Shown piece after piece: positions 10,481-22,365 of a stretch of 64,000 nucleotides of DNA (its first letter is position 1; every line of letters starts with the position of its first letter). The notes below the pieces were generated by a model. The model had not been told where the DNA came from, searched no databases, and saw nothing but the letters and a program-made list of their open reading frames with translations. This DNA is from Amphiscolops sp. MND2022 (taxonomy: Eukaryota). The DNA lies in contig OZ076415.1 of NCBI GenBank assembly GCA_964187785.1, positions 41,602,001 through 41,666,000 on the forward strand. Direction: 5' to 3'. The position numbers were made by a program, and so were the translations under genes.

Positions 10481-10978
10481 TTGAGACCCTACAGAGGCCA
10501 CGTTCTCGTCGTGGGTCTTGTTAAAGGGTGACACTATGTGATCCCCGAACTGAGAGCCTCTTTAAAATTACAAAATTTTGGGCTAGTGTTATTGTATGTT
10601 GTGATTTCTGATCACAACATTAACAAAGGCCCAACATTTCGAAAATGTGTCATTGTGAAAATCAGTAGCAGTGCTGAAATCTAAATACCATATTGCATAA
10701 ATTGAGAATGCATTATGGGTTCGCGGCGTTGTACCATCTGCAACTTGGAAGCAAAAAATTGAAAAATCATTTTTTTTCAAAGTTGTGGAAAATTACTTTT
10801 TAATCATTTTCCTGAAAGAGATTGAGTTCTTTTTATGCTCTACAGATTTTTTTTGGTTTACTTGGTCTCAGAAATTTTTTTGAGGGTCGGACATTTTGCA
10901 TTCCATTTTGCAGTCCGAGAAAATGCAAAATGTCCTGAGAATTACTAAATGCTTGCTGCAAGTTGGCATGTCGTTCTA

Positions 10979-11150
10979 TACTACTACTACTACTACTTCT
11001 TATCTCAGGCGTTTTGCATTTCTGGCGTTATGCAAAACGGCGATATTCATACCTCACTTGCAGCTGGCGATTAGCAATTGTTTGCTACTACTGGCGAAAT
11101 ACGTGAAAATCCTACTACTGGCGCTTTCCGTGTATTTTTTACTACTGGCG
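10979..11150 (+). repeat. (TAC)6 microsatellite followed by a CTGGCG array with exact 27-bp period
   Basis: CTGGCG at 11022, 11064, 11091, 11118 and 11145; the last three are TACTACTGGCG; spacers differ. Confidence 0.85.
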
Positions 11151-11750
11151 TTCTGCGCCAGGTTGCTGCCCTGTGGTCTTTTCCGTAATTCCAAAAAAAA
11201 TATTCAACAATTATGTACGTTAAAACTACAAAAATGTATCTAACGTCTAATATGGAACAACAACAACTTCTGGACACAAAGAGTTTAGATTTCAGGAGTT
11301 GCTCATTAATGCTAATCCCCACTAGGCTTTTTTCCGTTTTCCCTCACCACCTAAAATTTTTTGAGAAACTAGAACAAGTAATAGAAAAAAAGACTTAGAT
11401 ACACATTAGAGACATTCAGTTTTTACTTTCTTCTTGGGAAGACTGTTTTTATTCAGATACAATCATTCACACTTTCTGTCCTTATGAATTTAATGATTTT
11501 TGATTAAGAAACCAGCAATTTCATCTTCATTCACAAAAACACTTTTTTACAACGTAATCGCAGTCTGAATGTGTGAAAAATGTTTTGATCAAATGAAAAA
11601 CTATTCGACGAGAAGTTAACTTCCCATGAAAAAAATTCAGTTAAAATTTGGCCAGTTGGAAGAACAATTGTAAATTTTTCATAGAGTTTTCATGGTGGGG
11701 AAAAACAGAAAAGAGCCACCACTAGTAATGGGCATCGGTTGTTTTTGTTT

Positions 11751-12260
11751 TCATTTGAAATTGCTGAAGATTTTTTTAAATCCTTCAATCGTTATCAATG
11801 AACGTGTTTTTGGCACTAGTGGGGAAATCAAAGTCAGAACAAATCGCGTGATGTGAATCTGAGAATTTAACATGATAGGGAGTTTGTGGTAGAACTGGAG
11901 TATAATGACTGGAACATGACGACAAACAAACTTCTGCACCTTTTGAATAACAAACAAATTAATTAACAACTCCCTAACCCAAACGAGTAATAAATTGTAG
12001 TTTCTATGTATGCAAATGTTTTGTAAACTTTTGAAGCGAAGAAACAAGTTTTTCGTCATCCATCCAACTGAGAAATTTGGCCACAACAAACATATGTTTC
12101 TACAGCAATTCTTGCAAGTGCATCCCTCAATTGGCGAAAATTTCACTTCAAAACCATTTTCAGTTTTCAGTTAAACCCAAAACTCATCAGCCTCAAATAT
12201 TTACTGAATTCGCAAAAACTGCAACTATGAGAAGTCTCAGATGATGTTATAATTGAATTC
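11751..12260 (-). other. Possible frameshifted Cys-rich small ORF of unknown function
   Basis: MNSIITSSETSHSCSFCEFSKYLRLMSFGFN in one frame continues after a shift as LKTENGFEVKFSPIEGCTCKNCCRNIC.. (ORF 12146-11751); no recognisable family. Confidence 0.2.
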
Positions 12261-13141
12261 ATTTGACACTGTGCACATGATTATAAGTTGCAGTACCCAA
12301 AAATCGATTGCGAGTCTGGAACTAAATCGAACGGAGAAAACTGTTTTTGTGATTAAAACAATACATTGATTCCAATTCAGGTTCTTCAAAACCAAGGAGC
12401 CATGAATATGAGCATCAGAAACAAGTTTATGCAAACTGCCTCAAGGGTGGGTATCGCGGGAGTGGTTTTGGGTTAGGGTCAGTAAAGTATATAAATTAGG
12501 GGAAATTAGGGAATAGTTAGAAGTTATAAATTTTTCTTACTTTGGACATATGCTACAGTGCTGTTAACAACTTCTGTTTCCGGGATACAAGTCATGCACA
12601 CGTTCATTGATTCGTCAACAGGATGGCAGCAACTTTTGGACAAGTCTACAGAACACTTCGAAGGGTGTCTAAAAGTTTCTTCCATGACCTTGGCTGCTTT
12701 CAAGGTGTCTTCGCTCTAGGGGTCCTCGCTCCAAGGGGTCCTCGCTCCAAGGGTTCCTCGCTACAGAAAAGCGACCCGAAGTTGAAATATTTCTCAATCT
12801 GCCATTTCGCCCAGACTCTGTCTGAATGTGCGGCGGCATGAACTGAACAAAGACGTCTTTTTGATTAAATTACATTATCACCTGAAATAAAATGTTTGTT
12901 TCAAGCCTTTCAAGTTTTCAAAATAAGATTGGAATGATCATGATTAAAACCTGAAGAGAGTTCAGTCAATAAAAGGTAGAAAGTAGCATCATAGGAATTC
13001 AACCAATTAGATGGTGCAAACGCCACACAAATCCACAGACGAAACCAAAGTACATTGATAAACAAAACAAATTAGCTGAAAGCATTATCATCGAAACATT
13101 TGAACAGGAATCAAGAAAACACCGTTGAAAAGACTTCACAC

Positions 13142-16100
13142 TCATTTTAAATACTCATTAGCTGCGTATTTCACCTTGTCATAAATTCGCTTTTTCGACG
13201 AACAACTGAGTTCAAGTCCTGATTTGTCAAGGATAGCGTACAGCTCCTTCTTCGAAATAGGTTCCTTCAAATGGTGGAACAATTGAACAGCTTTGACTTC
13301 AGCACTCGAGGGCTGATATTTACGATAAGAATTCAGCGAATGGATATACCGCTCTCTCATTGTCGGATTTGTGTAGTTTGAATTTGGGCTTTCGCTTTCA
13401 TTTTCACTTGGCGTGGTGTAATCACTTCCCGATTTGTCACTTTCAGCTTCGGAACCATCATCGGGGTTGGTTACATTACGGGTTTGTGTCCTGACAACAG
13501 CTCGTTTTCGCTTGGAAAGCTCAGATTGTTGAAACGTTTCTTTCCATGAAACTAAAGGTGTTCTACGATGCACCGCTGTCTGGTCCTTGGGTGTTCCAGT
13601 TGGAGTTTTACTTAGCGTTTCAATTGGCGTTTCACTTGGAGTTTTACTTGGAGTTTTAATTGGAGTTTTACTTGGCGTTTTACTTGGAGCTTTACTGGGC
13701 GTTTTACTCAGTGTATTGCTTGCTGTTCTACTGGGTGTAGTACTTGACGTTTTAGTTGGCGCTTCGTCCAAGGCTGACAACTGCTCTAGGTAAATTTGGA
13801 GCGTTTCAATCCTGTCTCCAGGAACGACATAACTGCGAAGGGCCGTAGCTTCTGAGTGACCGGTTTGTTCAAGATGTGCAGCAAACTTGTCGCCCAAGGA
13901 ATCCTTGTTTCGGTAGATGTGGGTGTCCCACATTTTTCTAACAGCCGTTGCATGAAAATCTTTTTGCACGTCCGGTCCATGGAACAGGTTTCCCAAAACA
14001 ACCCTAATTGTGCGTGCCATTGAATGATCAACGGTATTACAAGAAGTTGGAAAGACAAGTGTAGGGGAAATTCGAAATTCTTTGATGAATTGTTTCCGCA
14101 TTCGTTTTAACCACAGATGTTGGTCGTCTTCAATTTTTAAGGTAACATCATAATGAGATCCAGTCTTGTGGTGGTCCGTTTCAAGAAATCCGTTCTTCTT
14201 GATACTGTGGACGTCGTACCAAGTCAGATTTAAGATTGGCCCTGATCGGCAGTTCAACCTGAACGACAAAACAAGAAAATTAAGAGCCGCAAGCTCTTTG
14301 TACTCCAGGAACTTCTGCTCCAAATCTTTCTGAAGAAAATCGACAACCATTGCATTGACATTTTGCACTTGGTCAAGAGTTGGCACTTTTTTCTGCAATT
14401 CTCGAATTCGCCTTTTCTTGTGCTTCTGAGCACCTTGCTGAATTCGGGCGCGGACTTCGTCAAGTATTTTATCCCAAGGGTGCTTTTTGTAGTTTGGAAA
14501 CCTGTAGGACGCGTGAAGTTCAATGTAGGCGAAGAACTTTTTCAATTTTGATAAATAGTTCTGCATCGTAGTTTTTTGGATTCCAGTATCCTCTTGGAAC
14601 TTTCGCACACAAATTGATAAATTTGTAGTAACATCGAATTCCTTTGTTTCGTAAATGACAGTGGTCAGAAACTTTTTGAAACTACTTGACATGCGATATG
14701 TAGAAACAATGTCCCCATTATCAGCGAGGCTTTGCACATGGGAATCGAATTCATCCACAACCTCTTCAAAGGGCTTCAATTTGGTCTCTCGGTATCCGCG
14801 CAGTGCGACTTGAATCGCTTCAGGGAACAAATTTTCATCTTGGCGATTAAAAATGCGAGTCATTGAATGATGTTTAGGATGGGCTTGTTTGAAACTGAAC
14901 CGTTTTAAGCATGTTTCACACTGAATGCACTTCTTTGTTCGGATTGTGGAGTAATAGGAGCTTAAAAACATCTTTAGATGAGGGTTAGTCCCCAATTTAT
15001 GGAAGCCATTGAGATGGTCCCTCATTTTTTTGACACTTTTCGAACAAATCAAGCACTTTTCAAACACTGGTCGTTTGGGTTTATTATTCAGCTAGGAATT
15101 ACCAACCAAAAAGACTGTTTGGTCTATCTCGTGCTCTTCACTAGCGTTTGATGAGAGATTCACAGAATCGTCTGAGCTTGGAGCCTGGTCGTCGCGCTCT
15201 TCGCTTACACTTATATTCACGGAAGATTCAACGTCCTCACACCCACCTATGTTCAAGAAATTGTTGAGTTCGAAGTCGTCAGCTTCTCTTTGTTCAAGTT
15301 GAAGTTGAACATTTTCTTCGACATCTTCAGTTTCGCCATTTTCACTGACATCATCACTTTCCACATTTTCTAATATAACTTCACTTTCCACCATTTCATT
15401 GACAACTTCAGTTTGGACATTATCATTGACAAGTTCAGTTGTTTCAGCACCTTTACTGGCAGGATCGGTTTCAGGTTCTTTATTGACAAGTTCAGTTGTT
15501 TCAGCACCTTTACTGGCAAGTTCGGTTTCAGGTTCTTTATTGACAAAATCAGTTGTTTCAGCACCTTTACTGGCAAGTTCGCTTTCAGGTTCTTTATTGA
15601 CAAGTTCAGTTGTTTCAGCACCTTTACTGGCAAGTTCGGTTTCAGGTTCTTTTATGACAAGTTCAGTTGTTTCAGCACCTTTACTGGCAAGTTCGGTTTC
15701 AGGTTCTTTATTGACAAGTTCAGTTTCAGGTTCTTTATTGACAAGTTCGATTTTGGCAGTTTCCGGTTCGCTTGTTTCGCTTCCGCTCCCTTTGCTATTT
15801 TTGTTTGCAGCTTCATCTTCAGCACTTGCGGCAGCAATTTTGTTCTTGGAACGTGCATTTTTTCTTCGACATTGACTTTTATTCTTGACTTCGACATTGA
15901 CTTTTGACTCCAGCTGAACATCTTGTTGGAGCTGTGGACCACGTTTATGACCTCCTCGCCAGAACTTCAATTCTCGCCAGGGAGCTTCCTTTGATCCATA
16001 ACTATATCTCAGTTCTTCTTCTTCCTCAATGTTCTTCGTCGCAAAAATAGCAATGACCCAAGTGCTTTTCTCCTTATCGTACACTTTCACAGGTCTGCAG

Positions 16101-16504
16101 TTTTGAACGTGGAATGGATCTACGTCATTTATGAACCTGGCGATGCATTCGGTTCTTTTGGAGGCGTCAACTACGAGGTTCTCAGGTGGACCTGATTCAA
16201 TGCTGTAGACATTGTCCTGGGCTTCGCTTGCCGTTTTTACTTCTCCTCGATAATTAATGATAAATTCCCCTTTCTTGAAAGCTCGCTGGACAAATAAACC
16301 ATAACCAGCTCTTTCCACTTCTTTCACATATAAGTTTGGAGGGTCAGAGTCGAGAAAATCGAATGGATCATTCGGGGGTATGCAGAACAGCGCTGGTGTC
16401 GCTGGCACGTCTTTTCGCGGACTGATCTCATGGGTCACGAAAATGTGAAGCAGATTACTGTGAGGATGAAAATTCTTGTTTTGAGGAAAAAAGTTGTAAT
16501 ACAA
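13142..16504 (-). CDS. SET (PR-Set7/SET8-like) - zinc finger - tyrosine recombinase fusion gene 2 (5' end uncertain)
   Basis: ORFs 16504-15092 and 15067-13142 are in the same frame, separated only by TAG (15094-15092) plus 8 codons; a 36-nt GT-AG intron 15102-15067 would also restore frame. SET: GYGLF..KGEFIINYRG..ARFIND..EELRYSYG. Zn finger: CLIC..HLNGFH. YR motifs: RLNCRSG, HKTG, TAVRK, GHSEATALRSY. Confidence 0.85.
15424..15740 (-). repeat. Coding minisatellite, 57 bp (19 aa TELVNKEPETELASKGAET) x ~5.5, in gene 2
   Basis: Anchors at 15424, 15481, 15538, 15595, 15652 and 15709. A 12-bp TPSK repeat also occurs at ~13600-13745. Confidence 0.95.
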
Positions 16505-16857
16505 TAAAAAATATCATAGAATAATTATATGATCGAACGAGTTTTCAAATGAAATTTTCAATCCAAAAATGAATTGCTTGAGTTTATGTGCATAGAGCCG
16601 ACTCATAATTTATTGAAGAAGAATTCATGATAGTGTTTATGGAAACTCCGGGTTTCACTATTTTCGAGATATTATGCACAAATAGTTTTGAACAAGGAAT
16701 CGAAAATAACAGAATTTTCATCACTCGGTGAACAAACGTTCTTTTAGATGGAGGCTCGAGGTGACCGAGGGTACACAGACCGACGATGTACAACGAATAG
16801 GGAGCTGACAAAAAATGACCACGGGTACAGAAAGACAAATTGACAACGAAAGGGACT

Positions 16858-16935
16858 GCAGAAGAATAGACTGGGGGCGAATAGAATGGAGAAGAATAGA
16901 CTGGAGAAGAATAGACTGGAGAAGAATAGGGTACA
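16858..16935 (+). repeat. 15-bp minisatellite AGAAGAATAGACTGG x ~5
   Basis: Seen directly upstream of gene 2; it may belong to an unresolved upstream exon or UTR. Confidence 0.8.
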
Positions 16936-18699
16936 GAACGAATAGACAACACAAAGGACTGGAGATCGAAACGATACTGTCACGTTATGAAGTGATCAAA
17001 CAAACACTCTGAAAAACACAGAACATTAATATTAACTGATACAAATTATTATCGATAAGGTTTGAGATTTATAGCGATTTACTCAGCACTAGAAAATGAT
17101 GAGGACTAGCACAAATCGGGGCAATGCAACGCAACTCTACTCTCAGATTTATTCTCAGTAAGGGGACGGTTTTTACATCAGCATACGAATTAGAAAGAAT
17201 CACGTCTAGATAGTGTTTGGATCCAAGATGCCTGAATATCGGCTCAAAATATGCTCTCAAGCATTCATGATTGGATATTGGAATGCATGTTTCTTGCATT
17301 TGTCAACAAGTGTGCCCGACAATGATTTCTTTTCCTTCTCATACTCTTCGAACTGATGCTTCGATGCAGAGAAGAGAACAAGATGACTGTTCGAGCTGAA
17401 TTGCATTTTGAGAAGCCAGCCTTTCAAGCTTTGTCTTTACAGAGTCTGTTATGTCTGCGACAATTTGTAAACATCTGGAATGCATATTATGGAAGAATTA
17501 GTTCCGAATGATTCTCTAAGAACAGTGGCTGCGTCTTCTGCAGAGATGGGGGACGCTACACAAGATACTATACAGTATTTCATAGTACCAAGACATACTT
17601 TTTATGAAGATTCTAATGAATACAATGATTGTCATTAATTTTTTCAGGCTCTCTCTATCAAATACTTTGACCGTTGAGTTTCGTCAATAACGATGTGCCG
17701 TGTATGTTGGGGGAAAAGACACACATTACGAGTAATAACGAAGCAGTCGAATACTGCATTTGTTCGAAACAAAGTGGAAAAGCGCTTTGAAACTGATTTG
17801 TTGCCTCGAACTTTGACAAGAATGCCTATCTAGTTTTGTCGCACGAAAACACTAAAGTCAATCAAAAAGATTTTTTTTCGGAAAGTTTGCGGAATGCGTG
17901 GCCTCAGCTTGCTCCCAAAAGTCCACCCTTTGTTCCTAATAGGAACTAACTCTACAATAAAGTCCTAATAGGAACTACCTATCCAACAAAAAAACACTGA
18001 ATTTCCTCACATTATGATTCAGGCGCAGTCTCAATCATAATGTGCCGGAAATGATCAACAGCAAGGTCATGGAGCATTTTGTACGGCCAAATGATGACCA
18101 CTACAGACCGCTTATATACTGATACAAAATGTTACTACTGGTAATGCATTCTAATTGGCGTTTTACACGAAGCCCTGGCGTAAATCAAGTGATTAAAGCT
18201 AGTAGTAGCAAAAAATCTAAAACTTTGAATTTGAACGAAATTTTCAACTTCGTGCACGGAATTGCTCTTTGTTTGCCATTCCCGGTGATATTCGAGTGAT
18301 TAGAGACAATTTTGAGACTGAAAAAAAGTTGAGGGCATTTTACAGTCCTATTGGGCTCAAAAACTGGCGTTTTTCAACATTCTGGCGTTTTTCACCGTAC
18401 GTAAACCNNNNNNNNNNNNNNNNNNNNNNNNNNNNNNNNNNNNNNNNNNNNNNNNNNNNNNNNNNNNNNNNNNNNNNNNNNNNNNNNNNNNNNNNNNNNN
18501 NNNNNNNNNNNNNNNNNNNNNNNNNNNNNNNNNNNNNNNNNNNNNNNNNNNNNNNNNNNNNNNNNNNNNNNNNNNNNNNNNNNNNNNNNNNNNNNNNNNN
18601 NNNNNNNNNNNNNNNNNNNNNNCACGTCAAAAATTAGGCAGAAGGTTGCAAAACTTGCGGAAAAAACGAAGGAGTACCTAACAACCCAAAAACACCCGA

Positions 18700-20880
18700 G
18701 TTAATTAATTTGCCGGGATGGGACCTTGATCACGAAGACGCCGTGCAGAACAACCTGCTAGCAAAATCCGCCGACCGGGTGGCGGATACCAGACCATGAT
18801 AACGGCAATTTGATGTCTTTCCAAGATTTCTGTTCGCCTACCGGCTGAATGAGGGTAACTAGTTCAAATGCAGCCAAGTTGGTAATTGTATGATGACAAA
18901 GCATCCATGTTTGCCGACAATTCTCAATGCCGACAAAAAGTCAGCATATACGTCGAAGATAAGAGCGAAAATTACCCGAATTTTAGGAACAGCAGTCAAA
19001 TGTGCTTCTACCAAAATCCCGAAAACAATTGGCAAGGTTGAAAGGACGCAAGCATCTCTCAAGACAAATTTGAAAAAGGCCTCAAAATGCCGACACCAGT
19101 GGCACAAATACTTGCCACTAGCAGTGCTAAATTTAAGTACTACCTGTCATTCTAGTAAGGAATGTGAGCCATGCAAGGACGTTCATAGACGAACTCTCTA
19201 CAACGTCCTAGACTAACCCCAATAGGGTTTAACGCCGAATTAACCCGCTACACATTCTGCCAACGATCGAAATTACGGAAAAATTGCAGCAAAGGACGAA
19301 AACACTGATCGACAAAACAAAACAAAGTGTAAAGCAGTCCTATCTGAAGGATAAAGAATGTTACCCCAGTTAGGCCAAAGCTGCTCCGCTGAAACAAAAA
19401 AATATCTGCTTGATTATACTACCTAAAGCAGACAACCAAGTGTCAAAAATACGGTTTCGGGACTCTAGTTAGACTAGTCTCCCACGTCCTTGAAACAATT
19501 TTGCCTAGTGATAACTAAATAGATCGTCGTCCCAAGACTCAAAAGCGTTGTCCCAAACACTCCCTCAGAGGACATTTATCGTAAACAGAAATTACAGCCC
19601 TACGAGAAAATAGTAAGACCACAAGACGACTGGTATACTTTCTCATGGGATCCTTACTGTGGGGTAACCGGCAAGTACAACTGATAGTCGAAATAGTACG
19701 ACAGAAATGGTTTGAAGTAGTTTTCAAAGTTTACCGAGAATACAAGTATGTAAACTAAGCAAAAGTGTACAACGTAAAGATATTTTGTAATATCAGCTCA
19801 GCGGACCAATAGCGTTGCCGCTTGGATGGCGTATTTTCGCTCAAGCCAATAAAAATGATTTTTGTGACGTCATTAGCTAGAGAATTAGAATGATTTCTGA
19901 GGTCGAGCTATAGCTAATCTTAATACACATGGTGGCATAACGTTGCAATTGTAAAATTGGCTCTTTTAGCATAAAGGTTTAAACTTTATATGGAAAAAAA
20001 ATTTCGCACGAAAGGATGGAGTTTATAAGATTTGTAAAAGGATCTTAATTATTCAAAACGTTGTCTTTCAGGATAAATGATGACTTTGTTTCTCCATTTC
20101 TAGAGATGTGTAATCGTCGCCATTTTCGATGGTATACCTTTGTCACGATCTTTAAAAACTTTTAGCTTGGAAATTGAGTAGTTGTTCACGTCAGCGAGTC
20201 TCATCGATAGAAATCTGAGTAGACTTTTATATTGCCACAATTTTACCGTCAAAAAATGATGTATGAAAAGTTGAACAAAAATTGTTTCCATAAAAAGGAC
20301 GATGATTAAGCACCTTTAGTGAACACATCCGACTTTTAGGATTCCTCGGAGTTTTTAGGTGAGGAACAAGCAATGCTAGAAAGGTATTAAACTGTTGAAA
20401 TGTAAAAGTTTTCTCAGTTATTAAGTACCGTTTTACAATCATTGTTTGAAAATCAACTTCTTCAAAAAAATTCAAAATATCCAAAGATTCTTTCTTTGCT
20501 TCAATCGAAAATGACAACTAGTAATCAGAAAAGAAACGCTGTTGAAGAACTAGTCTCGGAAGACCTTGAAGTTCCAACAACTGATAATATTGCCGCAAAA
20601 AATCCTATCGATGGCTCTAGTCAATCTCGAAGAATACAGCTCGAAAACCTCCACGATAATAAAGCGTCTCTCAGAATGGAAGTCATGTCTGATCTCACTG
20701 AAATTTTAGCTGGAAATCAAAGAAAAAGTTGAAATTGATAGCTCCTACTGTTAAGAAAACTTCCAATCCCCAAAACTTGGAAGACTCTGATTCCCTAGCT
20801 GAAAATTCCTACAGCGTAACTACATCGACACCTATAAAATAAAGACTGTTCAGAAAAATACTCCGTAAGTCAGTCTAACA
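18700..20880 (+). mobile_element. Gypsy remnant: integrase core plus probable 3' LTR (19786-20880); duplicate at ~36340-38517
   Basis: GKVERTQASLKTNLKKA..QWHKYLPLAVLN matches the integrase at 49752-50054 (ERTHAKVKTHLK..WHNFLPLAVLN). The downstream ~1.1-kb segment runs TGTAA..CTAACA and carries a short ORF (MTTSNQKRNAVEEL..). Confidence 0.65.
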
Positions 20881-21794
20881 CTATGCACCTCGGGATGTTC
20901 TCCGCTTTCATTTGGCTAACAATAGACACTTATCGATAAGTTACCTCCTTCGAGGATATAGCGTCAAAGTTCGAAGAGAACGCAATATTATAGACCGCCT
21001 CCTCTGTAGTAAAACACAATTAACTTCTTTATATTAACTCCCAGTAACAGTGACAGACGATTTCGCAGACAAAACGCAATAAATTTACACAAATTCAATT
21101 CACACAACAGTCCCAGGGACAGGGCTCACAAATCTTAATAAAAATTACAGGGGTTCCTTTTTGCGTTTTGCGGTCAAACAAAAATTACATCTGTTCTGAT
21201 AACTTGCTTACTTTTGACTTTTGATATTTTCTGAAATTTATCACATAATATCTCGACAACGGCCGTTAGTACCAAAAAACGCATCAAATTTTGTACCTTT
21301 GATTCCGATTTACGATTTTCAACTTTCACTCTGAAAAAATATGTTTCGGCGTAATCACAATCGTTTTTGGCTGTTCATTTGGCCACTTGATTTTGAAATA
21401 TTGCGTAATGAAGTTCCAAAAAGTCCAAGTCTCCTCAAATCAAAATGCCACGTGATATAACTTTTGAAAGTTTGATTCGACTTCGAAACAAAATATAAAG
21501 ATCAAAATTAGACAGACGCTTGCTGCTGATATTTGAAAATTTTGGTTAGCCAAATCGAGTGTCTTTAGCTTTTTGGTAACCTCTTTGTACCAGAAATATC
21601 AAGCTCTGAAAACAAGATCCTTCGAACTTAAAACACATTATATGCATATCTTTGACTCGAAACGTTTCCGAAGCCAAATTGACGCTGCTCAACGTTTTGG
21701 ATCTACTTTGAAATTTCGTAGAGTTCATCGACTTGGTTTTGCGTTGTTGTGACTAAAGAAGAATTACTTTGTGAATTTTTAGACGCCAATCAAG

Positions 21795-21969
21795 ATGAAC
21801 CCCAACGTTCTATTTGGAGCTTGTCTAGCAGTGGTAGTTCTTTCCTTCATCAGCTGGCTGTGTTCCCTGATTGGACATTGTAGTGAGATTGTGACGCTTG
21901 AAACACGCGAAGTTAAAGTCCACGCGGGGCTTTGGGTTGTATGCAATTCTGCTAGGTGTGAAGCTTTGG
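21795..21969 (+). CDS. Duplicated exon 1 (copy A) of the PMP22/EMP/claudin-like gene
   Basis: MNPNVLFGACLAVVVLSFISWLCSLIGHCSEIVTLETREVKVHAGLWVVCNSARCEAL: TM1 followed by the GLW..C..C signature; phase-1 donor G|GTTAGC at 21970. Confidence 0.8.
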
Positions 21970-22365
21970 GTTAGCCATTACATTCGTTGTTTCTTGTATC
22001 AGCTCTAGAATAGCATTTTTCTTGTTGTAGAAACTTTTAGTTCAAATTGGGATTCCAGGGTAGCCCACCTGCCCATCTATTAGTCTTCAGTAGAACGTCG
22101 CATTTTCATTATTAGCCCGTCCAGACGACCGGCACTTTTACGGGCAAGTACCATTCTCAGTATGGCTGTCAAACTTCCATCTTAAAGAAGCACAGTTTGA
22201 GCGAATGCATATTTGGTGGTTTGTGAATTCTGTTCAGCCGTACAAAAACTACAGGAAAGAAAGCCACGCAAAATACCGAATCACCGATGTATGTTCATTG
22301 TTTGGTAACAATGCTACACCATAACGTTTTATGGAAAACGTAGAGGTCATACAATGATCTTATAC

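Noticed and set aside
11022-11150. CRISPR-like repeat-spacer reading of the 27-bp periodic array
   Set aside because: The conserved part is only 6-11 bp, the period is far too short, the context is eukaryotic and there are no cas genes.
12465-12510. Telomere-like TTAGGG motifs
   Set aside because: Only isolated hexamers, not an array.
17069-17640. Short ORFs flanking gene 2 (e.g. 17299-17069, 11213-11398, 12623-12841) as accessory genes
   Set aside because: They are plausible but have no recognisable motifs and are of a length expected by chance, so they cannot be supported as genes from sequence alone.
19786-20880. Solo LTR with its own target-site duplication
   Set aside because: The flanks (TATTT / CTATG) do not match; it is more consistent with a 3' LTR of the adjacent integrase remnant.
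21700-21900. Minus-strand reading MSNQGTQPADEGKELPLLDKLQIERW as a retroelement antisense ORF
   Set aside because: It is the antisense of host exon 1, which has the GLW..C..C signature and a valid donor.
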